In this document: positions 48,426 through 57,564 of the stretch, piece after piece
Position numbering within the stretch: position 1 is the stretch's first letter
Layout: the number at the start of each line of letters is the position of its first letter
From: a virus
Virus record (IMG/VR): IMGVR_UViG_3300042937_000753
Span: 23,483 to 87,482 of that record
Length of the DNA: 64,000 nucleotides
Reading direction: 5' to 3' (one strand)
Notes under the pieces: generated by a model
Told to the model about the DNA's origin: nothing
What the model saw: only the letters and a program-made list of their open reading frames with translations
Database searches by the model: none
Program-made: the position numbers and the translations under genes

Positions 48426-49520
48426 TTAATCTAATATAATCCCAAAATCTCTCCACATAATTTTATTTTGATCAAAGTTTTCCAATGCTTCTTTAACCCA
48501 TTTCTCATCTACCGTATCTACATAACATAGTATGTGTACAATAGCTTTATCATCTGGATTTAATCTTAATAATCTTCCAATTCTTTGACTTGCTTTTCTT
48601 TCATTACCATATGCATGCATAATTATACCTTGCTTTAAGTTTGAAATATTGACACCTTCACTTAATTGAAGCACTGTAGATAATTTGGTAATTTCCCCAT
48701 TCTTAAACTTTTGAAGATTATCTTCTGAATTAGAATTATTGCTATGATAACTATGTTCACATAATTTATCAGCTTGATTTTGAGTATTAGCAAACAGGAT
48801 ACACTTACTTTCTATAGAGTTAAATAGAATCTTTGCATACTGCTCTTTACTAGGATATTCCATCATAGCTTTCATCCTCATTACACGAAGTATATGTGCT
48901 GCACCAGAGCCTGTATCAATACGGTTGCTCCAATAATTATAGTTCTTGTCTTCAGAAGTAGGAAACTTCTTTCCTTTTGATTCTACAATGTAATTGTTTC
49001 TATTACTTAATCTTAATTGATGTACTATGATTTGATAATCATTTAGTATTTTATTTGCTATGGCATCATCTGCACCAAATGTAAATACAATAGGACAAAA
49101 CTCAGCTACCAAACGGCCCTTTTCAGAATTCCCATACTTAGGAGGAGTACCGGTTAAACCCAGTATCTTTCCTTTGTAATTTGAAAGAAAACTTCTGTGA
49201 CTGTCTAGCAAGCTGTGAGCTTCATCCAGATAAACCAACTCATAATCATTAGGATTATGCTTGCGGAGACTTAAGTATGTTGTGAATGTCATTCTCTGTA
49301 AAAGAGAACCCATTCCAAACTTTTCTGCATCATCAATCCAAGAAGTAAAAATAGATTTCTTTGGTGCTACAATTAAAACTCTCATTAATTCTGTAGAGTT
49401 TTCATTAATATGAGTCAGGCCGACCAGGGTCTTACCAACCCCGGTCCCTAACACCACACCACACCTAATTTTATTCTTAGTATGTTCTATTGCTTTTGCT
49501 TGAATTTCATCTTTTGTCAT
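48426..49520 (-). CDS. Superfamily 2 DEAH helicase
   Basis: GTGVGKT, DEAH, GLTGT, EGVN and QRIGRLLR motifs. Confidence 0.9.
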   Translation of the reverse strand: MTKDEIQAKAIEHTKNKIRCGVVLGTGVGKTLVGLTHINENSTELMRVLIVAPKKSIFTSWIDDAEKFGMGSLLQRMTFTTYLSLRKHNPNDYELVYLDEAHSLLDSHRSFLSNYKGKILGLTGTPPKYGNSEKGRLVAEFCPIVFTFGADDAIANKILNDYQIIVHQLRLSNRNNYIVESKGKKFPTSEDKNYNYWSNRIDTGSGAAHILRVMRMKAMMEYPSKEQYAKILFNSIESKCILFANTQNQADKLCEHSYHSNNSNSEDNLQKFKNGEITKLSTVLQLSEGVNISNLKQGIIMHAYGNERKASQRIGRLLRLNPDDKAIVHILCYVDTVDEKWVKEALENFDQNKIMWRDFGIILD

Positions 49521-50260
49521 TTTGGTAAATTAAAGATTTGTTTTCTAATATAAACACCTGTTTCATCACCATTAGCCATAAGCTTAACAGTTTTTAGATG
49601 TTTATCAATATTTGCTAATACTTTTGTATGATTATATGTCCCGTAGGCAACCATAAAAGCATTTAGGAACTGAAATTTAACTCCTCTATCAGCCATACCA
49701 ATTTTTAAGAAAATATCATTAAATGCTTTACACATATCTTCTGCTTTTGAATTGCTGATAGTAAATGATCCATTCTTGATAGGTTGAGTACCATATCTAA
49801 TTGAAGGCATGTTGGTAGCAATACATGCTAACATAGAAACTTCTATGTCATACATATTCTTCCATTTAAATAACTTCATATAATCTGGACGGATCATTTT
49901 CCAAGCATTGATATAATTCATTAAATCCCATGATTTACTTGAGTTATTTAAGTAAGCCATTTTTTCAATCAATTCTTCTTCAGAAGTAATATCTATCTCA
50001 ATATAAGGAATAGGAGCACCTTCTCTTTCAAGAGCAGTTGCTAAATGTTGTCCATCAATTATGTAAGTTTTCTTATCACCCTCAATAATGTTTGTTGTTG
50101 TTGTTATAACAGCTCTAATTACACCTATTTTTCTAACAGAGGTGATCATTTTCTGAACATGTTTGCTGTCTATTCCTCTATTCATAGGAAGAATAGCAAA
50201 TTTACTATATTCTATTGTATGTTTTACTTTTAATTCTTTTCCAATTGTTTTCATAATCAT
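49517..50260 (-). CDS. ParB/Srx-like domain protein
   Basis: NRGI...HV...IIDGQH...LNN motifs. Confidence 0.7.
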   Translation of the reverse strand: MIMKTIGKELKVKHTIEYSKFAILPMNRGIDSKHVQKMITSVRKIGVIRAVITTTTNIIEGDKKTYIIDGQHLATALEREGAPIPYIEIDITSEEELIEKMAYLNNSSKSWDLMNYINAWKMIRPDYMKLFKWKNMYDIEVSMLACIATNMPSIRYGTQPIKNGSFTISNSKAEDMCKAFNDIFLKIGMADRGVKFQFLNAFMVAYGTYNHTKVLANIDKHLKTVKLMANGDETGVYIRKQIFNLPK

Positions 50261-50275
50261 AAGTTTTAAATCATA

Positions 50276-50689
50276 TTATTTTAAATGTTTGAGTATTCTA
50301 GCCTCTGCTGGATTTAAATGAATCCAGTTATGGCAATTTCTACAAACAGATAACCAAGTACTTTGAACTAAATAAAAAGCATCTCTGTTAACTCCAGAGT
50401 GTGTATGGTGAACATCAGTGGCACCATGACCACATCCGTTCACCTTCACCACACATAATGGATTCTCAGTAAGAAATCTTTGTCTTAATTTAAGATACTC
50501 AGCATCTTTCTTCTTTCTTTTAGCAGAAACCTGGGGGATCTTATAATCAGTTGGTTTCTGTATATTATCTTTATTCTTGGGATTCTGGCAACTCCAACAA
50601 TATTTGCAATACTTAAATCCCCCGGTTCCACTACTTTTCCAGATGGGTTTTTCAAGACCACATCCATCGCAGATCTTAGTCTTGATCAA
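50276..50689 (-). CDS. HNH endonuclease with an N-terminal zinc finger
   Basis: CDGC/CKYC, DVHH and CRNCHNWIH motifs; TTG start. Confidence 0.8.
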   Translation of the reverse strand: MIKTKICDGCGLEKPIWKSSGTGGFKYCKYCWSCQNPKNKDNIQKPTDYKIPQVSAKRKKKDAEYLKLRQRFLTENPLCVVKVNGCGHGATDVHHTHSGVNRDAFYLVQSTWLSVCRNCHNWIHLNPAEARILKHLK

Positions 50690-50879
50690 AATATTTATCT
50701 GAAAGATTATCTGTTGAAAGTACTAAACCAAATATTTCTGATTCTAAAACAGCTTTACTTTCATCCCACTCTTCTTTAATACTTTCTTCTAGTTCAGGAA
50801 TAGAAGGTAATTCATTTACTAGATCTTCTAACTGTCTAGTTAAGTCTTCAAATTTGTTTAAAAATTCATTTCTTGTCAT
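50676..50879 (-). CDS. Small acidic protein
   Basis: 67-aa ORF. Confidence 0.55.
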   Translation of the reverse strand: MTRNEFLNKFEDLTRQLEDLVNELPSIPELEESIKEEWDESKAVLESEIFGLVLSTDNLSDKYFDQD

Positions 50880-50901
50880 AATCTTAGTTTTTAGTTTTTA
50901 A

Positions 50902-51234
50902 TCATAATAATTCTTCTGGAAATTCACCTTTTGATTTAGTTACTGCTGGTGTGTTACCACTTCTAAACAAAGCTTTAAGACCATCCCAGAAACCAGTAGC
51001 TAAATAACAACTATGAATTCTTACACCTTTTGGAATAACAATGTATCCAATTAGTGTTGTATGATACCTGTCTTCATTATGCATCCAACTCATACCAGCA
51101 TTGTAGTAGTCATCTTTAGATACATAAACAAGCCAATGAGTTTTTGTTTTCCAAATAACTCTTCCTTGTACAGTGTCCATAGTAGATTTATAGCCAGGTT
51201 CTACACCACCTCTCATGTCATAAAATGTTTTCAT
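50902..51234 (-). CDS. Hypothetical protein
   Basis: 110-aa coupled ORF. Confidence 0.65.
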   Translation of the reverse strand: MKTFYDMRGGVEPGYKSTMDTVQGRVIWKTKTHWLVYVSKDDYYNAGMSWMHNEDRYHTTLIGYIVIPKGVRIHSCYLATGFWDGLKALFRSGNTPAVTKSKGEFPEELL

Positions 51235-51719
51235 AATTTTTCATTTTTAAGTCTTGGTAATTGATTTGGGTCCTTATCTAAACTTAAAAAGTTTTTAGGT
51301 AAGACACCTTCTGTTATAAAGATATTAATAATATCATCTTTTGAAATATTTAAATCTTTAAAAGTTAAAGTGTTTTTAAACTTTTCATCAGTTTCAGTTT
51401 CTCCAAGTAAAAGTTGAGTAAACGGGCTTTTTGGAAAAAAAGTTTTAAAAAGCAAGTTGGTATAATGAATTGTTGCTTTTTGTTTTGCAATATTCAAAAT
51501 ACTTTGTGCTCTCTTATAAACATTAATAATTCTTTGTTTCTTTTTGCTACACATAGTAACTAATTCTTTTTGTTCAATTGCATCTAAACCATATAGTGCT
51601 CTTTTATACAAATAGTTTTGATAAGCTGAATACTTATCTTGTTCATATTCTATGTAGGTTTTACCTGCATATAATTGATAATCTTTAATCTGTTGTTTTA
51701 ACTTTTCCATTTTAATCAT
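51231..51719 (-). CDS. Hypothetical protein
   Basis: YKRALYGL...EGVLPKNF. Confidence 0.7.
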   Translation of the reverse strand: MIKMEKLKQQIKDYQLYAGKTYIEYEQDKYSAYQNYLYKRALYGLDAIEQKELVTMCSKKKQRIINVYKRAQSILNIAKQKATIHYTNLLFKTFFPKSPFTQLLLGETETDEKFKNTLTFKDLNISKDDIINIFITEGVLPKNFLSLDKDPNQLPRLKNEKL

Positions 51720-51790
51720 ACATTTTTAAATTCATAAATAATAAAAGGGAGCCATTTCTGACCCCCTCTTACCCGCTACACTAATGTTTA

Positions 51791-52267
51791 CTATCCTTCA
51801 ATTGAAAAATCTTCTTCATCAGCTGAAATAGCTACTTTTGCTGACTGAGCAGCATATGCAGCTTTTAATTCATTAACATTATCATGATCAACAGTTGTAT
51901 CAACTGCAGATTCATTAAAGCTAAATTTAGTTCTACGGTAAATAGGTAATCCACCTAATGTACATATAATACCAGTTTCACCCGCAACTTTTAAGTCACG
52001 TTCTGGATTCTTTTTGTTAAAAGGATTTAATGCCTCTTCAATAATAATTTTACCATCAAGCAATTGACCACCATAAAGGTTCATGGCTTTTAAATCTTCA
52101 ATGGCACCAGGCATTAATGCACTGATTGATTTTCTACGGACAAATCCATTGTCATCAATCATGGTTCTTGTTTGTTGTACACGCACATAACCATACTCAG
52201 AATTGTTTTCTGACATAGTAATTACTGCACCTGTCTCGTCTGCTAATACAAATACTTTTGAGTTCAT
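51791..52267 (-). CDS. Beta-rich protein with an acidic tail, possibly SSB-like
   Basis: YGYVRVQQ...; C-terminus DEEDFSIEG; flanked by a leader pseudoknot and a terminator (51743-51770). Confidence 0.6.
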   Translation of the reverse strand: MNSKVFVLADETGAVITMSENNSEYGYVRVQQTRTMIDDNGFVRRKSISALMPGAIEDLKAMNLYGGQLLDGKIIIEEALNPFNKKNPERDLKVAGETGIICTLGGLPIYRRTKFSFNESAVDTTVDHDNVNELKAAYAAQSAKVAISADEEDFSIEG

Positions 52268-52306
52268 CTTTAAAAGTTTAAATAATTAATAAATAAATTG
52301 TTGTTT

Positions 52307-52350
52307 TGAGTAGATACTGTTCCTCTAAATACTCACTTTAGAGGTAGTGT
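52307..52350 (-). promoter_or_regulatory. H-type pseudoknot in a 5' leader
   Basis: Stem CCTCTAAA/TTTAGAGG (52322-52344); the loop pairs over 6 bp with 52307-52312. Confidence 0.55.
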
Positions 52351-52361
52351 GTAGTTTAAAA

Positions 52362-52643
52362 CTACAAATCCAAATTATCTGATAGATCAATGATATCATC
52401 AAATGGTAAATCATCTGAACATATATCATTTAAAATTTCATCATCCTGTGAAAGGAATTCAAAATCATAATATTTCTCTTTGCTGTTATTTTCAACAGCG
52501 GAACCAGTAAAAGGATCCCTAACGTGTTCACCATAGTCAATTGACATGAGATATTGTACATCTTCATCTGTAAGATCAAGATACTCCTCTATAGAGAGGT
52601 GAACTACTTTCCCATTAGGGAGTTGATATTGCATCACCGGCAT
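52362..52643 (-). CDS. Small acidic conserved protein (YQLPNGK...EEYL)
   Basis: ORF with a strongly acidic C-terminus. Confidence 0.7.
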   Translation of the reverse strand: MPVMQYQLPNGKVVHLSIEEYLDLTDEDVQYLMSIDYGEHVRDPFTGSAVENNSKEKYYDFEFLSQDDEILNDICSDDLPFDDIIDLSDNLDL

Positions 52644-52730
52644 ATATAAATATGCAGATAAATATATAGCATTTATAACTAAGTAAATGGTTTAAACCAA
52701 TAATATTTAGCAATATATAGCTAAACAATG

Positions 52731-52754
52731 AAAAGGGGAGATTACTCTCCCCCT
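52731..52754 (-). terminator. Intrinsic terminator
   Basis: GGGGAGA/TCTCCCC stem with an A-run. Confidence 0.65.
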
Positions 52755-52794
52755 ACCATTTGGTCTGGAAAAGCATATTCACAGAATACACTTC

Positions 52795-53214
52795 TTAAAA
52801 CTCTTCAATCACTTCTAAGTCTTTGTGCTGAACATAAGTAGTGTCTTTTTTTGTAACACCGTTATCTAAAACAGATGTGTACTCAATATGATACTGACTA
52901 TACTCATGATAACCTCTAAATTCTTTTACAATAACTACTACTTTATCATCTTCATCAGCAAATTTCTGTCTGATAGCATCTTTATTACTACCATAACCAA
53001 GATTATTTACAGGTATTTTGCACAATGTACCATTAGGTATTACATTAAATAGTTTATTACCCAACATAAGCTTGAAAAAATATTCAGTTGCATAACTACT
53101 AGTACAAATCATAGGAGTAATCAACTTGATAAACTCCTCAGCATTTGGATCCTTGATAATTTTACCCAATGCTTTTGCTACATCAGTATCATCATATGTT
53201 ACAGATATATTCAT
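52795..53214 (-). CDS. Hypothetical protein
   Basis: 139-aa ORF. Confidence 0.65.
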   Translation of the reverse strand: MNISVTYDDTDVAKALGKIIKDPNAEEFIKLITPMICTSSYATEYFFKLMLGNKLFNVIPNGTLCKIPVNNLGYGSNKDAIRQKFADEDDKVVVIVKEFRGYHEYSQYHIEYTSVLDNGVTKKDTTYVQHKDLEVIEEF

Positions 53215-53216
53215 AC

Positions 53217-53435
53217 TTAACTGTTTAAATTTCTATAATCTCTAATTTTATTTAAGAGAGCTTCATTAAATGATGTAAAGAATCTTCTATCAAACAATCT
53301 AGTGTTTACTTTTTCTGCATATACAATAGGTATTACAGTTTTTCTTACACCCTTAGCTACTAAATTACCTTCTATGTCTCTGATTTCAGCTTTAAGATTA
53401 AATCCTAAAACTGATGTAATTAAATTTTTATCCAT
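53217..53435 (-). CDS. Hypothetical protein
   Basis: 72-aa ORF. Confidence 0.6.
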   Translation of the reverse strand: MDKNLITSVLGFNLKAEIRDIEGNLVAKGVRKTVIPIVYAEKVNTRLFDRRFFTSFNEALLNKIRDYRNLNS

Positions 53436-53760
53436 GTCCTAACATTGATTTTAAATGATTTAATAATTCATTTTTTGAATTTTCTCTGTCAATGACTTTT
53501 TGAAAAATCATACTTGAAAATACTAACTCATTAGTGTGATTGCATTTATCAACAATATTTTCTAATGCTGTATAAAGCACCTGATTTTCTTTATATGCTG
53601 TTAAACATATATGTAAAAGTTCATCAGCTCTTTTATCATTAATACCTAAATTTAGATGAATAAGCTCAGCTTTCTCATCAATTACCAATAATTTATATTT
53701 ATTATTGGTATTATAATCTTTTTTCTTTTTAAATAGTTTTCCAAACAAATTCATAATCAT
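53428..53760 (-). CDS. Hypothetical protein
   Basis: 110-aa ORF. Confidence 0.6.
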   Translation of the reverse strand: MIMNLFGKLFKKKKDYNTNNKYKLLVIDEKAELIHLNLGINDKRADELLHICLTAYKENQVLYTALENIVDKCNHTNELVFSSMIFQKVIDRENSKNELLNHLKSMLGHG

Positions 53761-53780
53761 ATATTTTAATTAAACAATAG

Positions 53781-53854
53781 TGATCCCAACAGGAGTCGAA
53801 CCTATAACCCCTACCTTAGAAGGGTAGTGCTCTATCCAATTGAGCTATGGGACC
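53781..53854 (-). tRNA. tRNA-Arg(TCT), CCA not encoded
   Basis: GGTCCCA/TGGGATC acceptor stem, D-arm TAGCTCAATTGGATAGAGC, anticodon arm CTACC-CTTCTAA-GGTAG, T-loop TTCGACT. Confidence 0.95.
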
Positions 53855-53860
53855 TAGTAA

Positions 53861-54286
53861 TTACATAATTACTACTTTCTCTTCATACTTATTCTTAAGT
53901 ACTCTAGATATTAAGTTTAAATGATACATAATATCTTCACTTTCAATTGAACCTGCTTCTCTTTTAAGTTGAGTTAATGCTTGTGGAAATAAAGCAATCC
54001 ATTTATCTAATTCAGCAAAAATCTGATCTTTTTGAATTGCAGCTTCAGCTCTTAAATACTCAGGATGATCCTCTGGATCATTGTAAACTGGTTCAAATTG
54101 TTTATGTAGTTCTTCATGTTTCAAGATTTCTTCTTGTCTTGGAGTTAAATGTTTTCTCCAATTATAAGCAACCTTAGCTTCTTTCGGAACTCTTGCTTCT
54201 TTTCTTTGTTTGTAAGAGGTTCTTACTTTCTTTTCTTTAACTACTTTTTCAGTAGTTGGGTTCACTGTTTTTGCTATTCTAGCCAT
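53861..54286 (-). CDS. Hypothetical protein with a basic N-terminus
   Basis: 141-aa ORF. Confidence 0.65.
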   Translation of the reverse strand: MARIAKTVNPTTEKVVKEKKVRTSYKQRKEARVPKEAKVAYNWRKHLTPRQEEILKHEELHKQFEPVYNDPEDHPEYLRAEAAIQKDQIFAELDKWIALFPQALTQLKREAGSIESEDIMYHLNLISRVLKNKYEEKVVIM

Positions 54287-54302
54287 CTTTATTTGTTTTT
54301 AA

Positions 54303-54587
54303 TTAATACGCTTCTTCTGCTGTTCCAAGACTCAGCCAGTCACCATCTTCTAGGATCCATGTTTCACCAATGAATCCATCTGGTTTTAATACAACCATAG
54401 TAGAATTAAATTCTATTACAATATGGTTGTCCTTTCTTTTTGTTATCTCTACAACTTTTTCATTATGTACTTTGATAACATTCTTTACAAACTTTCTTTC
54501 TACTCTAGAAAGCCCTTTCATCTTTTGTGAATGTAAATCACTACTTATAAAGCCAATAAGGCTTAATACTAAAATCATATTTTTCAT
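54303..54587 (-). CDS. Secreted hypothetical protein
   Basis: Signal peptide MKNMILVLSLIGFISS...; likely start at 54587. Confidence 0.6.
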   Translation of the reverse strand: MKNMILVLSLIGFISSDLHSQKMKGLSRVERKFVKNVIKVHNEKVVEITKRKDNHIVIEFNSTMVVLKPDGFIGETWILEDGDWLSLGTAEEAY

Positions 54588-54589
54588 AC

Positions 54590-54841
54590 TTAAATAATTG
54601 TTGTGTATGCACAAATCAATAATCCTATTGCTATGACAATAAAGCCATACAACATTATTTTAAATGGTAACATTCTTGTTTCAAAATCTAATACATCTTC
54701 TAATGCTGCAATCTTATATTCAATATCTGATAGAGCAAGGGCTGCATACTCTGCATCTTTCCCTTTATGGTCTCTATGAAGAATTTGTTGTCTGTGATCA
54801 TAAAGTTGATCAATTTTCTGTTTTAATTGTTTTCTTCCCAT
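54590..54841 (-). CDS. Coiled-coil protein with a C-terminal TM anchor
   Basis: Likely start MGRKQLK at 54841; the track's upstream extension runs into the ncRNA. Confidence 0.6.
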   Translation of the reverse strand: MGRKQLKQKIDQLYDHRQQILHRDHKGKDAEYAALALSDIEYKIAALEDVLDFETRMLPFKIMLYGFIVIAIGLLICAYTTII

Positions 54842-54867
54842 TGTGTTATTTTTAAGGTAAATAGTTA

Positions 54868-55122
54868 CCAGGTGACAGAAATATATAGCTAAAAGTAAAT
54901 TCAAATACAAATACAAAGACCTTCTCTTCTACAAAGGCAAATACAAATACCAAGTCTCTTTCACTAGCCAGTTATCTCAATAGAGTAACCTGTCTAATTA
55001 TGGAGTTCTATCTCAGTTTTTTATAATTTGAAGAGAAGCGGTTATTTTAGTTTATGTATATTAAACATTTCTTAGTATGTGGTAATTAGCCACGAAGTTT
55101 ATATAAAATTTCTGTCACTAGG
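54868..55122 (-). ncRNA. Candidate ~250-nt structured ncRNA with hexamer repeats
   Basis: 11-bp closing stem (54872-54882 with 55108-55118), 9-bp inner helix (54921-54929 with 55030-55038), six NNTTTG hexamers and internal hairpins. Confidence 0.7.
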
Positions 55123-55128
55123 CATAAA

Positions 55129-55163
55129 GAGTAAGGGAATCAGCTTGTGCCTATCCCTTACCC
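55129..55163 (-). terminator. Hairpin between the coiled-coil gene and the ncRNA (terminator or processing site)
   Basis: GGGTAAGGGA...TCCCTTACTC followed by a short T-run. Confidence 0.55.
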
Positions 55164-55178
55164 ACCTAATTTAAATTA

Positions 55179-56090
55179 CTAGTTTTCAAGATTAATAAAC
55201 ATGTTTACTATATCTTGGAATCTAGGATCAACATTAATTCTTAATGCTGCGGCATCTTTAATCAACAACTCACGGTTGCTATTAAATTCCATAGTAAGTC
55301 TAAGTAATTCACCTTGATATGCATCCATTGCAATTTGGTATTTACTCATAGCTTCTTTTTCAAGACTTAAGAATACTGCTGCTTTATTAGCATTATCCTT
55401 CTGAATACGTGCATTTTCATCACTTACTAAGTTCTTAACCTTAGCTTTGTAATAGTTTACACGCTGTTCATAGACTCTATGTTGATCAGCAATATTTTCA
55501 TGAATTATCATTAATCCTTGAGATATATGGTGCTTAGTAACTTTAACAGGAGTTTTCTCACCGTCTTTTACCTCAAACCACTCAATACTAGGAGTATTTG
55601 GTAATTCTTTTCTCAATTGAGTAAGCTTACCATTTTTATGGATAAACTGACCTAAATGAGAAGCAATTGCTTCTGCTTGAAGATATTCTGAATACTCTGC
55701 ATCTGTCAATTTAGTCCAACCCCATGAATCTGATACATCATAAAGAATATCATAATCAGGAAGTGAAGGTCTCTCAGGTGCTATAAGATGAGAGAAATCA
55801 GGTCTTGTATCTCTTAATCTATCCATCTCAGTTTCTTTACCTTTGACAGTTTCCATAAGGAAAGCTTGACAAGCATGAAGATTACCTTTGATTTTCAACT
55901 TATCAAGTATATCACCTGGTACAGGAATACCTGTTTGTAGATCATATGCTTGACTACCTACTGTAATAGATTTACCACAGTTGTTGTAAGAGTTTAATTC
56001 TCTTTCAATCTCCTGTGCATTCTGATTGCATAGGTTACTAATACTTTGTGCTTGTGACATAGACAAGCCTTTGTTTGCTAAATTTCTCAT
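55179..56090 (-). CDS. Long alpha-helical coiled-coil protein associated with the downstream ncRNA
   Basis: MRNLANKGLSMSQAQSISNLCNQ...EAIASHLGQFIH...LRINVDPRFQ; likely start at 56090. Confidence 0.75.
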   Translation of the reverse strand: MRNLANKGLSMSQAQSISNLCNQNAQEIERELNSYNNCGKSITVGSQAYDLQTGIPVPGDILDKLKIKGNLHACQAFLMETVKGKETEMDRLRDTRPDFSHLIAPERPSLPDYDILYDVSDSWGWTKLTDAEYSEYLQAEAIASHLGQFIHKNGKLTQLRKELPNTPSIEWFEVKDGEKTPVKVTKHHISQGLMIIHENIADQHRVYEQRVNYYKAKVKNLVSDENARIQKDNANKAAVFLSLEKEAMSKYQIAMDAYQGELLRLTMEFNSNRELLIKDAAALRINVDPRFQDIVNMFINLEN

Positions 56091-56152
56091 AATTTCTGTT
56101 TTAAGTTTATTTTTAAATTGATTTAAATGCAGGACTTTCACCTGCTAGTTTT

Positions 56153-56620
56153 TTAATATTCTGGACTTGAATTTTCTAATGCATTCAAGTCACTTTCATT
56201 CTGCCTATCTTCTGCTGTATATCCTGCTGAATCTGTATAAGGTCCATTATCTATGATAATTTCAGTAACAATTTTACCATCAATTAGTCTTGATACAGAA
56301 CAATATTCTATCTCCACATCAACTTCATTAGCTGTTTTAAAGTTATTATATTGTTCTTCATTTTCTAATGAACCACATTGAGTCCCAATACTATGATATA
56401 CTTTTAATCTATAAGCACCATAAGGATTCTTAAGTTCTTCAATTTTCCAATCTTCCTGTAGTAATTCAGATAAATCTTTATCTCTATTAACAATAGTTAC
56501 TGATTTATGATAACCACAATTGTGACAGTTAATATATTCTTCACCTGTTTTATAGTAAAAGTCACACCATGCTTCTGAGCTGCAATTTGGACATTCAATA
56601 TAATCTATTACACTTGCCAT
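56153..56620 (-). CDS. Zinc-ribbon protein
   Basis: CPNC...CHNCG. Confidence 0.7.
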   Translation of the reverse strand: MASVIDYIECPNCSSEAWCDFYYKTGEEYINCHNCGYHKSVTIVNRDKDLSELLQEDWKIEELKNPYGAYRLKVYHSIGTQCGSLENEEQYNNFKTANEVDVEIEYCSVSRLIDGKIVTEIIIDNGPYTDSAGYTAEDRQNESDLNALENSSPEY

Positions 56621-56651
56621 AATTTCTAGGTTTTAAGTTTATTTTTAAGTT

Positions 56652-56680
56652 AAAAAATGAGCAGTTTGTCTACATGCTCA
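56652..56680 (-). terminator. Intrinsic terminator
   Basis: TGAGCA/TGCTCA stem followed by a T-run on the minus strand. Confidence 0.55.
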
Positions 56681-56716
56681 GGTATACGTAGAATATCACT
56701 ACCTTTCTATTGTATC

Positions 56717-57529
56717 TTAGAATGGTAATGGAAAGAATTTATCTTCTAGTCCATCATTCCATTGTCTTCCAGCAAATGAATGTATTTTCTTTGTAGGAAA
56801 TATTTTCTTTGCACACTCTATGGCAATAGCATCATCATATACACCATAATCACCTGATTTAGCATATAAAATCACATTATCATCTATGATCTTGATCCAA
56901 CCACCATTCTTTGTACCCCAATCACCATCACGATAAATACTACTGATATCACTGTGACCATTAGATACAAAGCCATAAGGATCCCAACAAAATCTGTTGA
57001 TTTTATCATCATAATGATCCTGTTGTATAATAAATTTAATACCCTTGTGATTTTGAAAATGAGTAAAGTCAAGATTCTGAGAATACACTTGACGTGCAAT
57101 ATTTCTCATCTTATTGTTCAATTCATAATTCTTATCAGATTCTTGTCTCCACCACTTTTCATATTCTTCTTTGGTAGGTTCTTCTGGATCACCATCAGGA
57201 TAATCATCTTCATAAGCTTCTGGTTCTTCTTCAACAACAACTGATTGTTGTGCTTTAACAGCAGCTTGAATGATATCTAATCTAGCAGCAAGAGTAAGTA
57301 TTTGATTCTCTTGTTCTACTTGGATTTTATATTTATCAGGTTGAACAACAGATAGAAATGTATCCATCTGATCTTTGGTAACACTAAAATTCCAATTACC
57401 ACCAGCAAATGACTTGAAGTCATCAGTAGGTACTTGGAATGTGGTATGCTTGGTAGAACAAGTAATACTGTTTCTACCATAGGTAACTACTTCATAGAGA
57501 CCTTGTTTTGAGTTTAAGTGAATTTTCAT
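56717..57529 (-). CDS. Hypothetical early protein; C-terminal domain possibly Janus/PHPT1-like
   Basis: H...GGWIKI...ILYAKSGDYG motif. Confidence 0.6.
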   Translation of the reverse strand: MKIHLNSKQGLYEVVTYGRNSITCSTKHTTFQVPTDDFKSFAGGNWNFSVTKDQMDTFLSVVQPDKYKIQVEQENQILTLAARLDIIQAAVKAQQSVVVEEEPEAYEDDYPDGDPEEPTKEEYEKWWRQESDKNYELNNKMRNIARQVYSQNLDFTHFQNHKGIKFIIQQDHYDDKINRFCWDPYGFVSNGHSDISSIYRDGDWGTKNGGWIKIIDDNVILYAKSGDYGVYDDAIAIECAKKIFPTKKIHSFAGRQWNDGLEDKFFPLPF

Positions 57530-57564
57530 TTTGAGTTTATTTTTTGAGTTTATATTTAAGTTAA

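Noticed and set aside
54895-54950. CRISPR-like or TIGR-like array
   Set aside because: The repeats are 6-nt tandem units with no spacers, and I found no cas gene, Nop-domain gene or reverse transcriptase in the window.
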